From: Eledone cirrhosa
Lineage: Eukaryota
Length of the DNA: 64,000 nucleotides
Direction: 5' to 3'
Assembly (NCBI GenBank): GCA_964016885.1
Contig: OZ024740.1
Coordinates: 115,692,001 to 115,756,000 of the forward strand
Shown: positions 1 through 13,498 of the stretch, in pieces
Numbering within the stretch: position 1 is the stretch's first letter
How the letters are laid out: each line of letters starts with the position of its first letter
Position numbers and translations under genes: made by a program
Notes under the pieces: model-generated
Database searches by the model: none
Told to the model about the DNA's origin: nothing
What the model saw: the letters and a program-made list of their open reading frames with translations, nothing else

Positions 1-581
1 TTTTCTCGGTGCAAAACCCATGGTCATCCGTGACCGAAGGGGGTCATTACTCTTTTTACCCTATATAAACTTATGTTGGGAGGTGTTAATTTAAATAGGA
101 ACCCTTTAAAATGGCTAGTTTTGTTTCACAGGACCAGAGATGGTTTGAGAAAGGTTGATATCAAAAGAGTTCGAGGAATCACACCCTTCTGTCTCACAAA
201 AAAAACAAAAAAACATGGGCACTTTATATAATGTAGTCCTAGATTATGTGTTTGAAACAGAGAAAAGATGTTTACTCCAGCAAGGCATTTCATTGTAGAT
301 CTGCTCAAAAAAGATACACCTGGGGTTAAACAACGACAATTACAACAGCAGCTAATAAAGCGGTTTTGTAAATGTTAGATATACATCGGTAAAGCGGAAA
401 GATCTAACTAAACCTGTAAGATATGCAATCGCTGTACCATGAGGAAATGCAATATCTATCTTGTGCAATGACGTATGTGGGGGGGGGGGGGGGCAGAGGT
501 TGTGCTACTCTGTTTTACCTACTAATCTCGCATAGGTACTACTTGAAAATAACGATACAAACGTTAGACTATTTCTATACA

Positions 582-775
582 TAATGGTTTCTAATTTAGG
601 CACAAGGCCAACAATTTTGGAGGGAAGGGCAAGTTAATTAAATCAACCTCAGTGCATTACTGGTGCTTATTTTATCGACCCTGTAAGGATGAAAGATAAA
701 GCTAACCTTGGCGGACTGCAAAGCATGTTGTCTGACGCTCTACCGATACTGTTAATCCACCGTTTGACTTAACTC
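582..775 (-). mobile_element. tRNA-derived SINE (major family of this window), internally deleted copy
   Basis: Matches the consensus seen about 15 times in the window: ggcacaaggcc...tttatcgaccc.gtaaggatgaaag...aacctcggcgg...ctctaccgatactg. Confidence 0.8.
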
Positions 776-1119
776 ATTTGATACCAAACCACTCTTGATT
801 TTACGATACAAACCTGTATATTTTGAAGTGTTTATCTTCCATCATAATTTTATCTAAAACCCTTTATTAACTTATGCTCCAAATACCAACTTAATAAGAA
901 GAAAATCCCTTATATTATTAAATCCTTCTAAATTTTCGATTATATTCAAAAGGATTTGAAAATTACAAGCAGTTTCTTTTATGAGAAATGTGGTAACGAA
1001 AGAGTTTATATTTATCTCAAAACATTCCATCGTAATTTTATGTAAGAACATTTGTTAAAGTATACCCGATATGATAATGGTTTCTGATACTGCCAATCCG
1101 CCAACCTTAGCACAACTTA

Positions 1120-1340
1120 ATAAAGATTTCTGATTCAGACACAAGGCCAACCATTTTGGGAGTAGGGGAAAGTAGATTAAATCGACTCCAGTGCATTACT
1201 GGTACTTTATTTTATCGACCCCGTAAGGATGAAAGTCAAAGCTAACCTCGGTGAGATTTGAACTCAAAGCGCAAAGGGCTATAACTCTATGACGCAAAGC
1301 ATATTGTCCTACGCTCTACCGATTCTGCCAATCTACCACC
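1120..1340 (-). mobile_element. tRNA-derived SINE, near full length
   Basis: Same consensus, with the B-box-like gagttcaaatc on the minus strand. Confidence 0.85.
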
Positions 1341-1862
1341 CTTACCCCAGCTTAATAATGAAACAGTTAATTATACTGCTATATCCCTTCCAAATTCTTG
1401 ACTATTTTCGAATGTATATGAAAGTCATAAGCACTATCTTTCATTAGAAATATGGTAACGAAAGGGTTTAATCTTAGTATCTAAATGTAAGTATAGTAAG
1501 ATTTGAAAACAAATTACAACGAAGTCATGTCATGAAATGGTAAGCACAGAACTATTGTGAATATTACAACAAAAAAAAACATTTACCATTTTTGGTGGGT
1601 GTGAAGCATTCATCTAGTACAGTCAGAATGTACTCCCTTGATCTTATGTGGATATCTATTACGATCAGATTATAGTTCTGGCGTTGAGACCAAACACAGT
1701 AGCACTTACTACCTCGACCTAGTAAGGAGGTTGATTCAACCCTAGAATCATATTATCTTGCCAAATATTCTCAGTGACCTCCAAAGAATGAATAGAGGTC
1801 ACAATGTTAAAGTACAACAACGCAAATAGTGCTTATATGTGTGTGCATGTGTATGTGTTTGC

Positions 1863-1863
<1 letters not shown>

Positions 1864-1927
<64 letters not shown>

Positions 1928-1977
1928 CATACATACATAGATATACATATATAAATATATACATATATTATTATTAC

Positions 1978-2014
<37 letters not shown>

Positions 2015-2073
2015 GATATACATATATATATAAATACATATATACATATATGTATATGTATACGTATATATAT

Positions 2074-2108
<35 letters not shown>

Positions 2109-2205
2109 CGTGTGTGTGTGTGTACACATATATATGCATGTATATGTATATATATATGTATATATATATATGTATATATATATGTGTGTGTTTGTGTGTG
2201 TGTGT
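1864..2205. repeat. compound (TA)n/(TG)n microsatellite
   Basis: Read directly; the overlapping YI/CV/HT ORFs are artefacts. Confidence 0.95.
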
Positions 2206-2496
2206 ACAGACAGGCAAGCAGAAAACGGTAAAAACAAAATACAGAAAACACAGTGGAATATATATTGTGAGTTTAATGTTTGAATGAAATATATAACGGT
2301 TGTTTACGTTTTGGACGTTAGTCTTTCATCAGAAAGAAAGAAAAATCGTGTAGACGGAGAGAGGGAAGGAGAGAGAAGTGGAGATAGAGTGAGAGAGAAC
2401 GTGAGGGAGAGAGGGAGAAAAGTAAGAAGAAAAGCTGTAAAAAAAAGAACAGAGAGAAATAGAAAAAGGAAAAATGATGGTTATTATATAAAAAGT

Positions 2497-2690
2497 GGGC
2501 GGTGGATTGGCAGTATTGGTAGAGGGTTGGACGCCATGCTTTGATGCATGGAGTTACGGCCCTTGCCATTCTGAGTTCAAACTCCGCCGAGGTTAACTTT
2601 GCCTTTCATCCTTACGTGGTCGATAAAATAAAGTATCAGTAATGTACTGGGTAATTGCTGGCCTTGTGCCAATAGAAGAAACAATTATAT
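2497..2690 (+). mobile_element. tRNA-derived SINE
   Basis: ttggcagtattggtagag (A-box-like)...gagttcaaactcc (B-box-like)...ccttgtgccaatagaagaaacaattat tail. Confidence 0.85.
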
Positions 2691-3024
2691 AGAAAGTGAG
2701 GAAGAGGAAGTATTGTAAGGACGGTTGAAAATGACGGGCTTCTGCACAGCTTGCATCTACCAAATTTCTCTCACAAAAACATTAGTCAACCCGGCGCTAT
2801 AGTAAAAGGCACTTGCCCGAGGGGTCACGTAGTTCCGAGGTGCCTGAACCTATACTTATTCAATTGCTGCCCAAGCTGGAGCACCACGTTGAATAGATTT
2901 ACTCGATCAAATAACCACACTACATTTTGAAAAGTCTGGTACTTATTTCATCGATCATTTTTTGTCATCTGTGATTGCTTAAATCAGTAACACTTTCGTA
3001 AGCGTCTCAGATATTTTCTCAAAA

Positions 3025-3952
3025 CTGCTACCACTACCACCAGCCCAGCACCAGCTAGCATAATAACCACCACCACCACCACCACCACCACCACCACTAC
3101 CACTACCACCACCACCTCCACCACCACCACCACTACCACCACCACCCCCACCACCACCACCACTAACACCACCGCCACCACCACCACCAGTGCTGACACT
3201 ACCACCACAACCATCACTACCACCACTACCACCACCACACCCAACCACCATCACCATCACTAACACTACCACCACCACCACTAACACTACGACCACTACC
3301 ACCACCACCACCACGAACACTACCACCACCACCATCACCATCACTACAACCACCATCATCACCACCGCCACTAACACTACCACCACCACCATCACCACTA
3401 ACACTACTACCACCACCACCACCACCACCACCATCACTACAACCACCACCACCACCATCACTACCACCACCACCACCACCACCACCACTACCACCAGCAC
3501 CATCACCATCAATACCACCACCACCACCTCTACCACCACTAACACTACCACCACAAACACTACCACCACCACCACCACTACCACCACTAACACTACCACC
3601 ACAAACACTACCACCACCACCACTAACACTACCACCACTAACACTACCACCACACCACTAACACTACGACCACTACCACCACCACCACCACGAACACTAC
3701 CACCAGCACCATCACTACCACCACCACCACCACCGCCACTAACACTACCACCACCACCACTAACACTACCACCACCACCATCAACACCACTAACACCACC
3801 ACCACCACCACTACTACCACCACCAGCACCACCACCACCATCACTACCACCACCACCACCACTACCACTACCACCACTACCACCACCACCATCACCACCA
3901 CCACCACCACCACTACCACTACCACCACTACCACTACCACCACCCCCACCAC
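3025..3952. repeat. ~930 bp degenerate (CCA)n/(CTA)n trinucleotide array
   Basis: Read directly; gives poly-T/P/V/G pseudo-ORFs. Confidence 0.95.
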
Positions 3953-4147
3953 TCTCTAATATAGTAACAACAGCAACTTGATCGCTCTGCCTCTTAAGGC
4001 TCTACACGAAAGTTGCTCATTTCCTTTGTTCTTTCTTTCCTTCTTTCTTCCTTTCTTTCTTTCTTCTGTGTTTTCATTTCTTTTCTTTCTTTCATTCCTT
4101 TCTTTTGTCATTTTTGTTTTATTTCTTCATGCTTCTTTGTTCCTCTT

Positions 4148-4247
<100 letters not shown>

Positions 4248-4394
4248 GATGTGTGTATGTATGTATGAGAGTGTCTTGCATGCGACCTACAACTATTTAT
4301 AATAAGGAAAAAAACATCAATCACGCACACACACTTCCACACACACATTCACACATACACAAGTACACACGCACATGAACACACACGCCAAAAG

Positions 4395-4821
<427 letters not shown>

Positions 4822-4888
4822 CCAGGTCTACCAAATAGAGAAAAAGTTTTAAAATACATTAAAAAAATTCGCTGTACTCATTATATGT

Positions 4889-4970
4889 GCCTTTACCGCA
4901 GTTTCAAGTCCCAAAATAAACGGATAATCCAAGCGGATCCTCATTGAGAAGGGAACTATCTTCAGAAGGC
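4889..4970 (-). ncRNA. type I hammerhead ribozyme
   Basis: Minus strand: gcctt-CUGAAGA-u-AGUUCC...GGGACU-u-GAAA-CUGCGG-UA/aaggc; stem I gcctt/aaggc, near-palindromic stem III, GUA site. Confidence 0.8.
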
Positions 4971-5372
4971 TCTTCTCACTCGGAGAATATAAAATTCCCG
5001 AGTTTAAATCAGAAACTGACGCCATACAAAACCATTCCCAGATGAGAGTGAATGATGAAAGAAATAATTCTGTCTGGTGCCGTGTGCAAAGACAAAAGCA
5101 GGGTGGACAGGTCAATGTCCTGCCACTAGAAATAGCAGCAGTCCAAACGGACAAGTGTTATCTCAACCTTAGGGGAGATTAATAATAATAAAGTTTGTGT
5201 TCCTACGTGTAAAAAATACATATAGTGATACAAGTATTATCCAACCGTATGCCAATGTGGTTCTATGGCGGGTTAATAAATTAACAAACCAGAACATATA
5301 AAATCCAGGTCTAGCAAATAGAGAAAAAGTTTTAAAATAGATTTTAAAAAATTCGCTGTACTTACTATATGT

Positions 5373-5454
5373 GCCTTTACAGCGGTTTCAAGTTCCAAAA
5401 TAAACGGATAATCCAAGCGGATCTCCATTGAGAAGGGAACTATCTTCAGAAGGC
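5373..5454 (-). ncRNA. type I hammerhead ribozyme
   Basis: Minus strand: gcctt-CUGAAGA-u-AGUUCC...GGAACU-u-GAAA-CCGCUG-UA/aaggc. Confidence 0.8.
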
Positions 5455-5506
5455 TCTTCTCGCTCGGAGAATATAAAATTCCCGAGTTTAAATCACAAAC
5501 TGAAAA

Positions 5507-5588
5507 GCCTTCCGAAGATAGTTCCCTTCTCAATGGAGATCCGCTCGAATTATCCGTTTATTTTGGAAATTGAAACCGCGGTAAAGGC
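5507..5588 (+). ncRNA. type I hammerhead ribozyme with U4C core change (CCGAAGA)
   Basis: gcctt-CCGAAGA...GAAA-CCGCGG-TA/aaggc; perfect palindromic stem III ACCGCGGT. Confidence 0.7.
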
Positions 5589-5654
5589 ACATATAGTAAG
5601 TACAGCGAATTTTTTTTTATTTATTTTAAAACTTTTTCTCTATTTGCTAGACCT

Positions 5655-5725
<71 letters not shown>

Positions 5726-5872
5726 AAAGAATAGAGGTGTAACACACAAGTTATTATATATTGGTAAACGGAATAGAAAATGCTGACAAATTGTTCACAG
5801 TGAAAAATAGTTTAATTAGGAATGAATGAGAATTAGTAATTGTATTGGTTAGTTTTCAGTTTTGGTTTTAAG

Positions 5873-5909
5873 TTTTACCGGTTGCGCATTTCTAAATGCT
5901 TTTCAAAAA
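5873..5909 (-). ncRNA. candidate variant minimal hammerhead (UUGAAAA / GCAA core)
   Basis: Minus strand: ttt-UUGAAAA-GCAUUU ag AAAUGC-GCAA-CCGG-UA/aaa; stem I only 3 bp, two core variants. Confidence 0.45.
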
Positions 5910-6259
5910 TAATTTTGAGATAGAGCGTCCGTGATGTTTGCTCTGATCTGATTAGTTTTGGGAATTCTACCTGTTTTTATGTTAAAAAAAGTGTCTCTAG
6001 CGTTATTAAATTGGTTTTTGCGCCAATTCGTGTTGCAAAAATTCTTGTGGTCAAAACAATTTTGATTGGTCGGTAGAGGTCATGTAAATGTAAAAAATTG
6101 ATTTTGCGCCAAGACTGAGAAATGACTCTTTCACAACAAATATGTGTGTTTGTGTGTGTGTGTGTAGTAGTAGTAAAGTGTTCATTGTTGTGATAATGGT
6201 TAGCAGGGATGTGTGTGCGAACCGCAGCCTGTTGACAGTTCAAATGCCTATTAAGACAA

Positions 6260-6459
<200 letters not shown>

Positions 6460-6859
6460 AGCAGAGTAATTCGTGGTAGAGGGATGGTCAGTAGGAATGT
6501 GTCTGTGTAAGTGTGTGGGGGATATTTTAACATGTTAAAAGATATTTTTCAGCTCTTGTCTTATACGGAGAAGTGTGTGTGTGTGTGTGTGTGTATAAGT
6601 CTATTTGTATGTTCATGTACGCATGTGTATGTGTGTGTGTATATATGTGTGTGTGTGTGTGTGAATGTGTGTGTGTGTGTGTGTGTGTGGGTGGACCAGT
6701 ATTTTTTTCCCTGGTAAAATGGTGTACATTATGCGATATTTTCAGTAAAATCGATTCTCTCAATAGAACATCAAAAACCTTAACAATAAAAGGTGTGAAA
6801 TGATATTCACTATATATATATATATACATATATTCACTATATATATATATATATATATT

Positions 6860-9556
6860 TTTTTTTTTGTGTTGCACCATAGAACATGTGTGTTTACGTA
6901 TGTCTTTGTGTTTATATGTGGGTAGAGATGTGTGCTGATGTAGGTATGTATGTTGACGTGTGTATGTTGTGGGTTCGTCTTAGGGAGTGTTTAGACGGGG
7001 TCCGTATTTGTTAATAAAGTAAGATTCCTTGCTGATGCGCTGGGTGTGGGTGGCATTATCTTTAAATTTGTAGAGGGGGAAGATTCTGAAGTTGGGATGA
7101 TTTTGGGCGGCACAGGTATCAATGTGTTCACTCAGTGGTATTTTCCTGTATTCCCGTATTTTAATTTGGGATCTATGGGCAGTCATGCGTTGGCGGAGGC
7201 TGTTTTTGGTCTGGCCTATGTATTGTTCTCGACAACCTGAGCAAGTTAATACATATATTAGATTTTCCGATGCACATGTGAAATTGTGTTTTACTTTAAA
7301 ACGTTGTCCTTCTTTGAAATAGAATTCCGAACCCTCTATTAGGTTGATGCAAATGCCACAGTTGGGTCTATCGCATTTTTTTACTGTGGGTTTCGTTGTT
7401 GTGGTTGGCAGTACTTTGGCATGTGTTAGGATGTTTTTCATTGACTTAGATTGTCTTTTGCTCTTTATGATATCGTGTGTTCGTAGGATTTGGTTCATTC
7501 TATGGTCCTTTTTTAACACATGGATGTTCTGGAGGATGGTGTCAAAGGCCTCATTGTTGAGGGGGTTGTGTGTGGAGATGTATGGAAGAGCTTTTAGTTT
7601 CGGTTGATTTACTTTAGGGTGTCTAAGGTCCTGGGTACTGAGTTTTAGGGCACGTTGGATTCCATTGTCAATTAGTGATGCAGGGTAGTCCCTGCCTATG
7701 AGTGTGTCCTTTAGTTCTTGTAGCCGTAAGTAGCAGGTGTTTTTATTGGAGACTATAGTACAGATTCTCTTGGCTAAGTTGTAGGGAATATTAATTTTAA
7801 CGTGTCTAGGGTGGCAAGAGTTGAAAGGAAGATATTGCTTGGAGTCTGTGGGCTTGTAGTATATGTCTGTTTCTATTTTTTTGTTATGGATCTTAATGAG
7901 GATGTCGAGGAAGGGGAGTTGTTGATGGCTGTATTCCATCGTGAAGTTAATATTCGTGTTGAGCCCATTTATAAGAGTGTGAAATTCTTTAAGTTTTTCG
8001 ATGTTTTCGTGCCAAAGGATGAAGCAGTCATGTAGATATCGCTTCCAGTTCCTTTCTATGTGTAAGTGGAGAGTGTTTCCAAATTTGTTTAGGACTTTAG
8101 TGTAGAGGGTGATTTCCAGGTATCCCATGACTAGGTTGGCATAAGTGGGGGCTGTTTTCGTTCCCATAGCGGTCCCAGATTTCTGCCTGTAGGGTTTGTT
8201 ATTGAAAACGAAGTAATTGTTCTCCAAGATAAATTTGAGTCCCTCTATCACGAATTCTTTTTTGATGCGTTGTGTGAGTTCATTGTGGTAATTATCCAGC
8301 CAGAATTGGATAGCTTCTATTCCTAGGTTGTGGGGGATGTTGGAATATAGGTTGACTACATCGAACGTCATTAGTAGGGTTTGTTCAGAAAGTGGCATAT
8401 TAGGGAAGTGATTGAGCATATCTAGGTCGTCCCTTATATAGCTTTTGATGTGTTTGAGAAAGGGCTTGAGAAGGGTATCAATGAAGTTGCTAAGCTGGTG
8501 GGTTTCGCAAGCGGGGCCTGTTATTATACGTCTTAATTTGAGATCATTGGGTGAGGGGACACTGATGACTATGTCTGTGGCTTCCTTGCATGCCTTACTT
8601 ATTAATTCGCTTTTATGTACTTTAGGGATACCGTAGAAAAGGCTGGATTTACTTGTGAAGTCTGTGATGAAGCTGAATTCCTTGTTAGTGAGTCCTTCTT
8701 TGTATTGGTTGATTTGAGTTTTTAGGTTTCTCATAATTTTCTGTTGATTGTAGTGTTCAGCCTTTTCGTAGTATGTTTCGTTGTCCAAGGTGGAGAGCGC
8801 TAAGTTGATATAGAATTCTGTCTCCATTAGGACTACTGTACTCCCTTTATCAGCCTCTTTATTTGTAATGGTTCTGTCGGTTTTTAATCTATTTAATTCT
8901 TCCCATTCTTTCTTGTTGAGGTTTGGCTTGTGTTTTTGTCTGTGCAAGTGTTGGTAAGGGAAGTTTGTGATGTGTTCACAGAATTCGTCCAGGATTTTAT
9001 TTCTACCTTTTGATGGGGTGTAATTGCTTCTATTTCTGGCTAATGATTCATCCTCATTGTACTGGTCGAATAGTTGTTCACTGAGTCGTAACTTTCTACA
9101 GAAGTCTGTGATGTCTTCCTTCATTTCATAGTAGTTAGGACGTAGTGGGGTCGGTATGAATTTAAGACCTTTGGAGAGTAAGTTGATAAGGTTGGGTGTT
9201 GGTTCTGCACTAGTAAGATTGATAATTTTTATTACTATCGGTTTCTCCTCCCTGTCTTGTGTTATTTTGTTTGCCTGTATCTGTGTGCTGTGTCTAAAAA
9301 ATGGTTGGGATAGAGGGGTTATCTGCTGATGTTAAGTGGTCTCCTGTGTTTGTTATATTCCTTGTTGTTGTAAAATGTGGTTCGGGTTGGTGGTTGTAGA
9401 TTGAATGGGGTGTTCCTGTACTGCGAGTATGGGTGTGTGTTTCTATGTGCCATGTTGTATTGTGGTGTTATAGGTGGCCTACGTTGTTGGTTGTATCGTG
9501 TGGTGTGGGTTTGTTGTGTATTGTGGAAGCGAGAGTTGAGAAAATGGAAATTACCC
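6860..9556 (-). mobile_element. Penelope-like element A (Neptune-like: Cys-rich linker + CCHH GIY-YIG), 5'-truncated
   Basis: Contains the RT-EN ORF and the 3' end of an upstream ORF; bounded by (TA)n tracts. Confidence 0.9.
6980..9301 (-). CDS. PLE reverse transcriptase + GIY-YIG endonuclease; frame open upstream of the first Met (9124) to the TTTTTTA site; catalytic YLDD reads YLHD
   Basis: EADKG, FDVVNLYSNIP, QKSGTAMG, WKRYLHD, LPFLD, YYKPT, SCHP, CDRPNCGIC, NLIY..C..C..QYIGQT, upstream IINL...LLSKGLKFIPTP. Confidence 0.9.
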   Translation of the reverse strand, partial: FFRHSTQIQANKITQDREEKPIVIKIINLTSAEPTPNLINLLSKGLKFIPTPLRPNYYEMKEDITDFCRKLRLSEQLFDQYNEDESLARNRSNYTPSKGRNKILDEFCEHITNFPYQHLHRQKHKPNLNKKEWEELNRLKTDRTITNKEADKGSTVVLMETEFYINLALSTLDNETYYEKAEHYNQQKIMRNLKTQINQYKEGLTNKEFSFITDFTSKSSLFYGIPKVHKSELISKACKEATDIVISVPSPNDLKLRRIITGPACETHQLSNFIDTLLKPFLKHIKSYIRDDLDMLNHFPNMPLSEQTLLMTFDVVNLYSNIPHNLGIEAIQFWLDNYHNELTQRIKKEFVIEGLKFILENNYFVFNNKPYRQKSGTAMGTKTAPTYANLVMGYLEITLYTKVLNKFGNTLHLHIERNWKRYLHDCFILWHENIEKLKEFHTLINGLNTNINFTMEYSHQQLPFLDILIKIHNKKIETDIYYKPTDSKQYLPFNSCHPRHVKINIPYNLAKRICTIVSNKNTCYLRLQELKDTLIGRDYPASLIDNGIQRALKLSTQDLRHPKVNQPKLKALPYISTHNPLNNEAFDTILQNIHVLKKDHRMNQILRTHDIIKSKRQSKSMKNILTHAKVLPTTTTKPTVKKCDRPNCGICINLIEGSEFYFKEGQRFKVKHNFTCASENLIYVLTCSGCREQYIGQTKNSLRQRMTAHRSQIKIREYRKIPLSEHIDTCAAQNHPNFRIFPLYKFKDNATHTQRISKESYFINKYGPRLNTP

Positions 9557-9633
9557 TTATATATATATATATATATATATATAAAGAATGAATAATAACA
9601 GGTAGACATCATAAAAAGGTAATTTATTCCGTG

Positions 9634-9745
9634 TGCTTACAAATGTTTCCACGGTGGTACTACAGCCTAGTTATGCTATGTGCAAATTTACAAGAATTTG
9701 CAGAACTCAAATATCCAATGCTGTGACCACTGTATCCTCAGAGCA
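9634..9745 (-). ncRNA. type I hammerhead ribozyme with long stem II (3' pLTR of PLE B)
   Basis: Minus strand: tgct-CUGAGGA-UACAGUGGU...ACCACCGUG-GAAA-CAUUUG-UA/agca; inner hairpins cacagc/gctgt and tgcaaatt/aatttgca. Confidence 0.8.
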
Positions 9746-10238
9746 GAATGGTAAAATGTACAATGTAAATACCCTTAAGTGGGGTTGTTGGGGGAAGATA
9801 GAGTAGAAAAGGAAGAGAGAAAAGTAGGGGAGAGGGAGAGAGAGAGAGAAAGATATGCAGGGGTTGGAGAAGTAGGAGAGAGTGGTTTGTAGATATCTTA
9901 ATCAAAATGTTATGGTAGGGGTTTTATTATACTGGTTACTTTTGGAGAGATGCGTTGATAGTTAAGGTCGGAATTATTTATTGCCCCAGAGGGCAGGTCC
10001 ATAGATGTGGAGAGGGAGGTAGGCCAAAGGCGAGATAGAGAGTGTGTAATGGATGTAGAGAGAGAGGTAGAGAGGGGACAGACGAAGTTTATGTGGTGAG
10101 TGAACTTTGGGTTTGTAGTAGTAATCTGTGAATTGCACTGAGTTACCATTTATAGTGATAAGCAGTGTATTGTCTTGTAGTGTGGGGGAAGAGAGGGTGG
10201 TTAGCTAGAAAGCGATGTTATAGTTACGGGTTCGAATG

Positions 10239-12525
10239 TTAAGTTATTTTATAGTGAGAGAATTTAGCTTTTAGTTTGTGGTTGCAGTATAATGATCGTT
10301 CAATTCTATCGTTAAGTAGTTTGTTTTGGGATTTTAATATGTAAAAGAGTTCAAGGTTACATAACCTGCAGTATTTCAATCCACTCCGATATGCACTTGC
10401 GCTGGAAAGTATATCCCATTTTAAGGTGAACTGTTGGTTGCGTTCACGGAGTTGCCAGGTCTTGTTGGCGAGCGTGGTCACAAAACGGTGATTAGGATGT
10501 TTGATTGAGAATCGATGACGGTACCAGCGAGATTTAAACGAGGTGGTGGTAGATCCGATATAATACCATTTCTGGTCGTTCGATTCAACCGTGCATTGGT
10601 AAACAATGTTGGACTTTAGACATTCATTCTTCAATGGACATCTTTCAGGTAGCGGGTATACCATGGATAGGTTGTGATAGCAGTACAGGTGGATTGTGTA
10701 ATACCTGTCTCCCATTTAGTGGTTGGGAGGCAGATATTACGTTCTGCCCATCTGTTACTAAAATGTTTTGTTTTGTAGAGTTGTTTAATTGCCTTAAGTT
10801 AAGTTTTTTATGTATGCTTCAAGGTTTGGTGCCGTGGAGTATGATAGTCTAATAGTTTTAGAGTTCAGAATTTTGCTGTATTTATGGGAACTAGGGAAAT
10901 GTTTGTTGATTAACTTAAAGAATGAAAGAGATAGTTTTGTACTAATCGAGGCATTAAAAATAGGATTGTACCAGATATACTTTCTACAACGTGATTTATT
11001 TAGTGGTGATTTTCTATTATTAGTATGTCTGGTAGTACTGTGTGTGTGCGCTTGTATTTTAGTCCCCCGGTTACGCATTCCTTGATTTCGTGTAGAGCTA
11101 TGTGTGTTATGGAAATTCCTATCAATGTATTCTATTGTATCCCGGTGGTCGGCCTTCCTTAATGCATTATTGTAGTATTCAGCGTGTTCACTAAAAATAT
11201 CAGAGTTAGACGATAGGCGAGAGATTCTAAGAGAAACTGATTTGATCATGGAGAGTGGGTGGTTTGAGTTAAAGTTAATATACGTAAAGTTCTCATTCAC
11301 CTTGTGGAAGGGTCGTATCTGTCCGGTATTTAAATTAAGAGTTACGTCCAGAAAGTTTACTACTTTAAGATTGTATTCGTATGTTATTTTTAGACCCAGT
11401 TCACTAAAAGATTTTCTAATATTTTTCCGTAGCCTTTCAAGATTTTGGTTATTCAAGTTATTAACTAATAAGAGCCCGTCATCTCTGTATATCCACCCCC
11501 CCTGTAGATTACTAAATTTACTATGTAATATGTGGGCTATGTAAATTCCCACGAGATCCGTGACCTCCGCTGAGTCGTTGGAACCCATGGTAATGTCGAA
11601 ATTTGTGGGTCTGTCCTTACGTTCCCAGTAGCAGTTATCAAACTTAATAATTGTTTTTCTAGCCTCGAGAATAATATTAATTTCGTCCTCCGTTAGGTCG
11701 GAATTGACCCTAGCAAACGATAGGGCCTTACGTAAAGTGCTTGGTGAGATGGAAGAGTAGTATTCGTCTATGTCAAATTGTATAAACTTAGATTTATTCT
11801 TATTCTTAACGTTATTAAACCAGCGAATTGCTTCGCTAGTGTTGCCCCATAATTTAATTTCAATTTTCTTTTTCACTTGAGTTATTACTCTGTCAAGTAT
11901 ATGTTTGCTAATTTTTCCTATGTCTGATTTAGAAGGGCATATAAGTCTAATCTTAGGGTTAGAGTCAAAATTTACCTTATGGTCCTTCAGGTTGAAGGTG
12001 GGGGTAGCGGGTATAATCGGCTCGGTTCTATCGTCTATCTTGAGATTCTTCACCACTTTATATGCCTCGTTGTTAATATTTGCTAGCGTAGTTTCATTTG
12101 TTTTTCTATATTTTGTGTGTAGTTCGTTGCGTATGAAGTTATTATACGTATCGATATCCATGGTATACACGTTAGAGGTCTTGTCAGCTTTCACAACAAT
12201 TCCATTGGTATTTTTCAATTTTCGGAGTAGTGCTTTCATGTTGTTCTGCAGCTCATTATTTCTGTTTGTTGAACTTAATATTCATGGTCGTTTTCATTAA
12301 ATCTTGTTCAAAAGCATCGAGATGAGGGTTTGTGGGTGGGTTTTTACATGATTTAAAACCATATGATTCAGACGAGTGACGGGCGCGTCCTTTATCGAAA
12401 TGGAAAGCTTTCCATCGTACACGCCGAATGAAGTCGTTATTGCGTTGAATCATACTAAGAATATATTCCCTTTTGTTAGGTATAGGCATGTTTTTAAGTG
12501 ACATACCTATATGATGCCTTTCCAT
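10239..12525 (-). pseudogene. PLE B RT + C-terminal GIY-YIG, disrupted by a frameshift and a stop
   Basis: SLKNMPIP, VKADKTSN, FIQFDIDEYY, FDITMGSNDSAEV, IYRDDGL, VNFLDVTLNL, NIVYQC...YYIGST, CRLC. Confidence 0.9.
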
Positions 12526-12786
12526 ATTAATGCCGTGTGTCGGTGTGGTTGCTCAACTGTGTAGGAGGCGATTATTAGGTATAGGATTACCCAAGATGTA
12601 GTAATGGTTAATTACTACACTGGATATGGTTGACGTACGGTGAGAGGTTACTCTACGAGTTATGGAAGAATTGTTGAAGAAACTTAGTTCCTGATCCTTC
12701 TGTATTCCGGAGTGTATATAAAGAATGAATAATAACAGGTAGACATCATAAAAAGGTAATTTATTCCGTGTGCTTACAATATATAT

Positions 12787-12883
12787 ATATACTACTGTAC
12801 GTCTGTATACATATAAATATGTACGTATACATACTTATATTTAAGTAACAGCCGTACTAAGAGTGAGAAATTAAATTTTTTCC

Positions 12884-12921
<38 letters not shown>

Positions 12922-13498
12922 GGAAAAAATGAAACGAAATTTAATTTCTCACTCTTAGTACGGCTGTTACTTAAATATAAGTATGTATACGTACATATTT
13001 ATATGTATACAGACGTACAGTAGTATGTATATATATACATACATGCACACATATATATATGTATGTATGGATTTACCGAACATTTATTATAATGCTCGGT
13101 GTGTTTGTAAACAAACATCCCGAATTAAGCCGTTCAGTGTTTAGCAACCATCGATTAACTCACTCGATATGCAAATTAGGCTGCTCAGCCGTTAATATGC
13201 ATAAGGAAAGTATATACTTTCAGACGTTCAATCATCTGGCAGGAAGGTATACGGTGCTGACGATAGCTAATAAGCTTGAAACTAGTACATCGTTCCTTTG
13301 TCAGTGTTGAACAAAAGAGCAACGATGGTTGCTAAACACTGTACGGCTTAATTCGGGATGTTTGTTTACAAACACACCGAGCATTATAATAAATGTTCGG
13401 TAAATCCATACGTATATATATATATATGTGTGCGTGTATGTATATATATATACATACTACTGTACGTCTGTATACATATATGTATGTACGTATACATA

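Larger units (their letters stand above)
9580..12779 (-). mobile_element. Penelope-like element B (second PLE type, tentatively Hydra-like), near full length, in (TA)n
   Basis: ORF pieces 12256-12525, 10794-12239, 10239-10715; ~63 bp terminal direct repeat (9580-9642 and 12717-12779); HHR in the 3' pLTR. Confidence 0.9.

Noticed and set aside
1799-2287. YI/HT/CV-repeat ORFs here and at other microsatellites
   Set aside because: Translations of (TA)n/(CA)n tracts; no coding evidence
2979-3981. Mucin- or extensin-like poly-T/P/V ORFs
   Set aside because: Arise from a (CCA)n array open in several frames on both strands; no signal peptide or splice context seen
4849-5742. Three similar ~90-100 aa ORFs (...SLLKIVPFS...ETAVKAHI...)
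   Set aside because: Similarity reflects the repeated non-coding HHR unit, not a protein family
10239-12525. Selenocysteine readthrough or permuted-domain (Naiad-type) PLE
   Set aside because: The endonuclease is C-terminal and the interruptions are TAA/frameshift, not in-frame TGA
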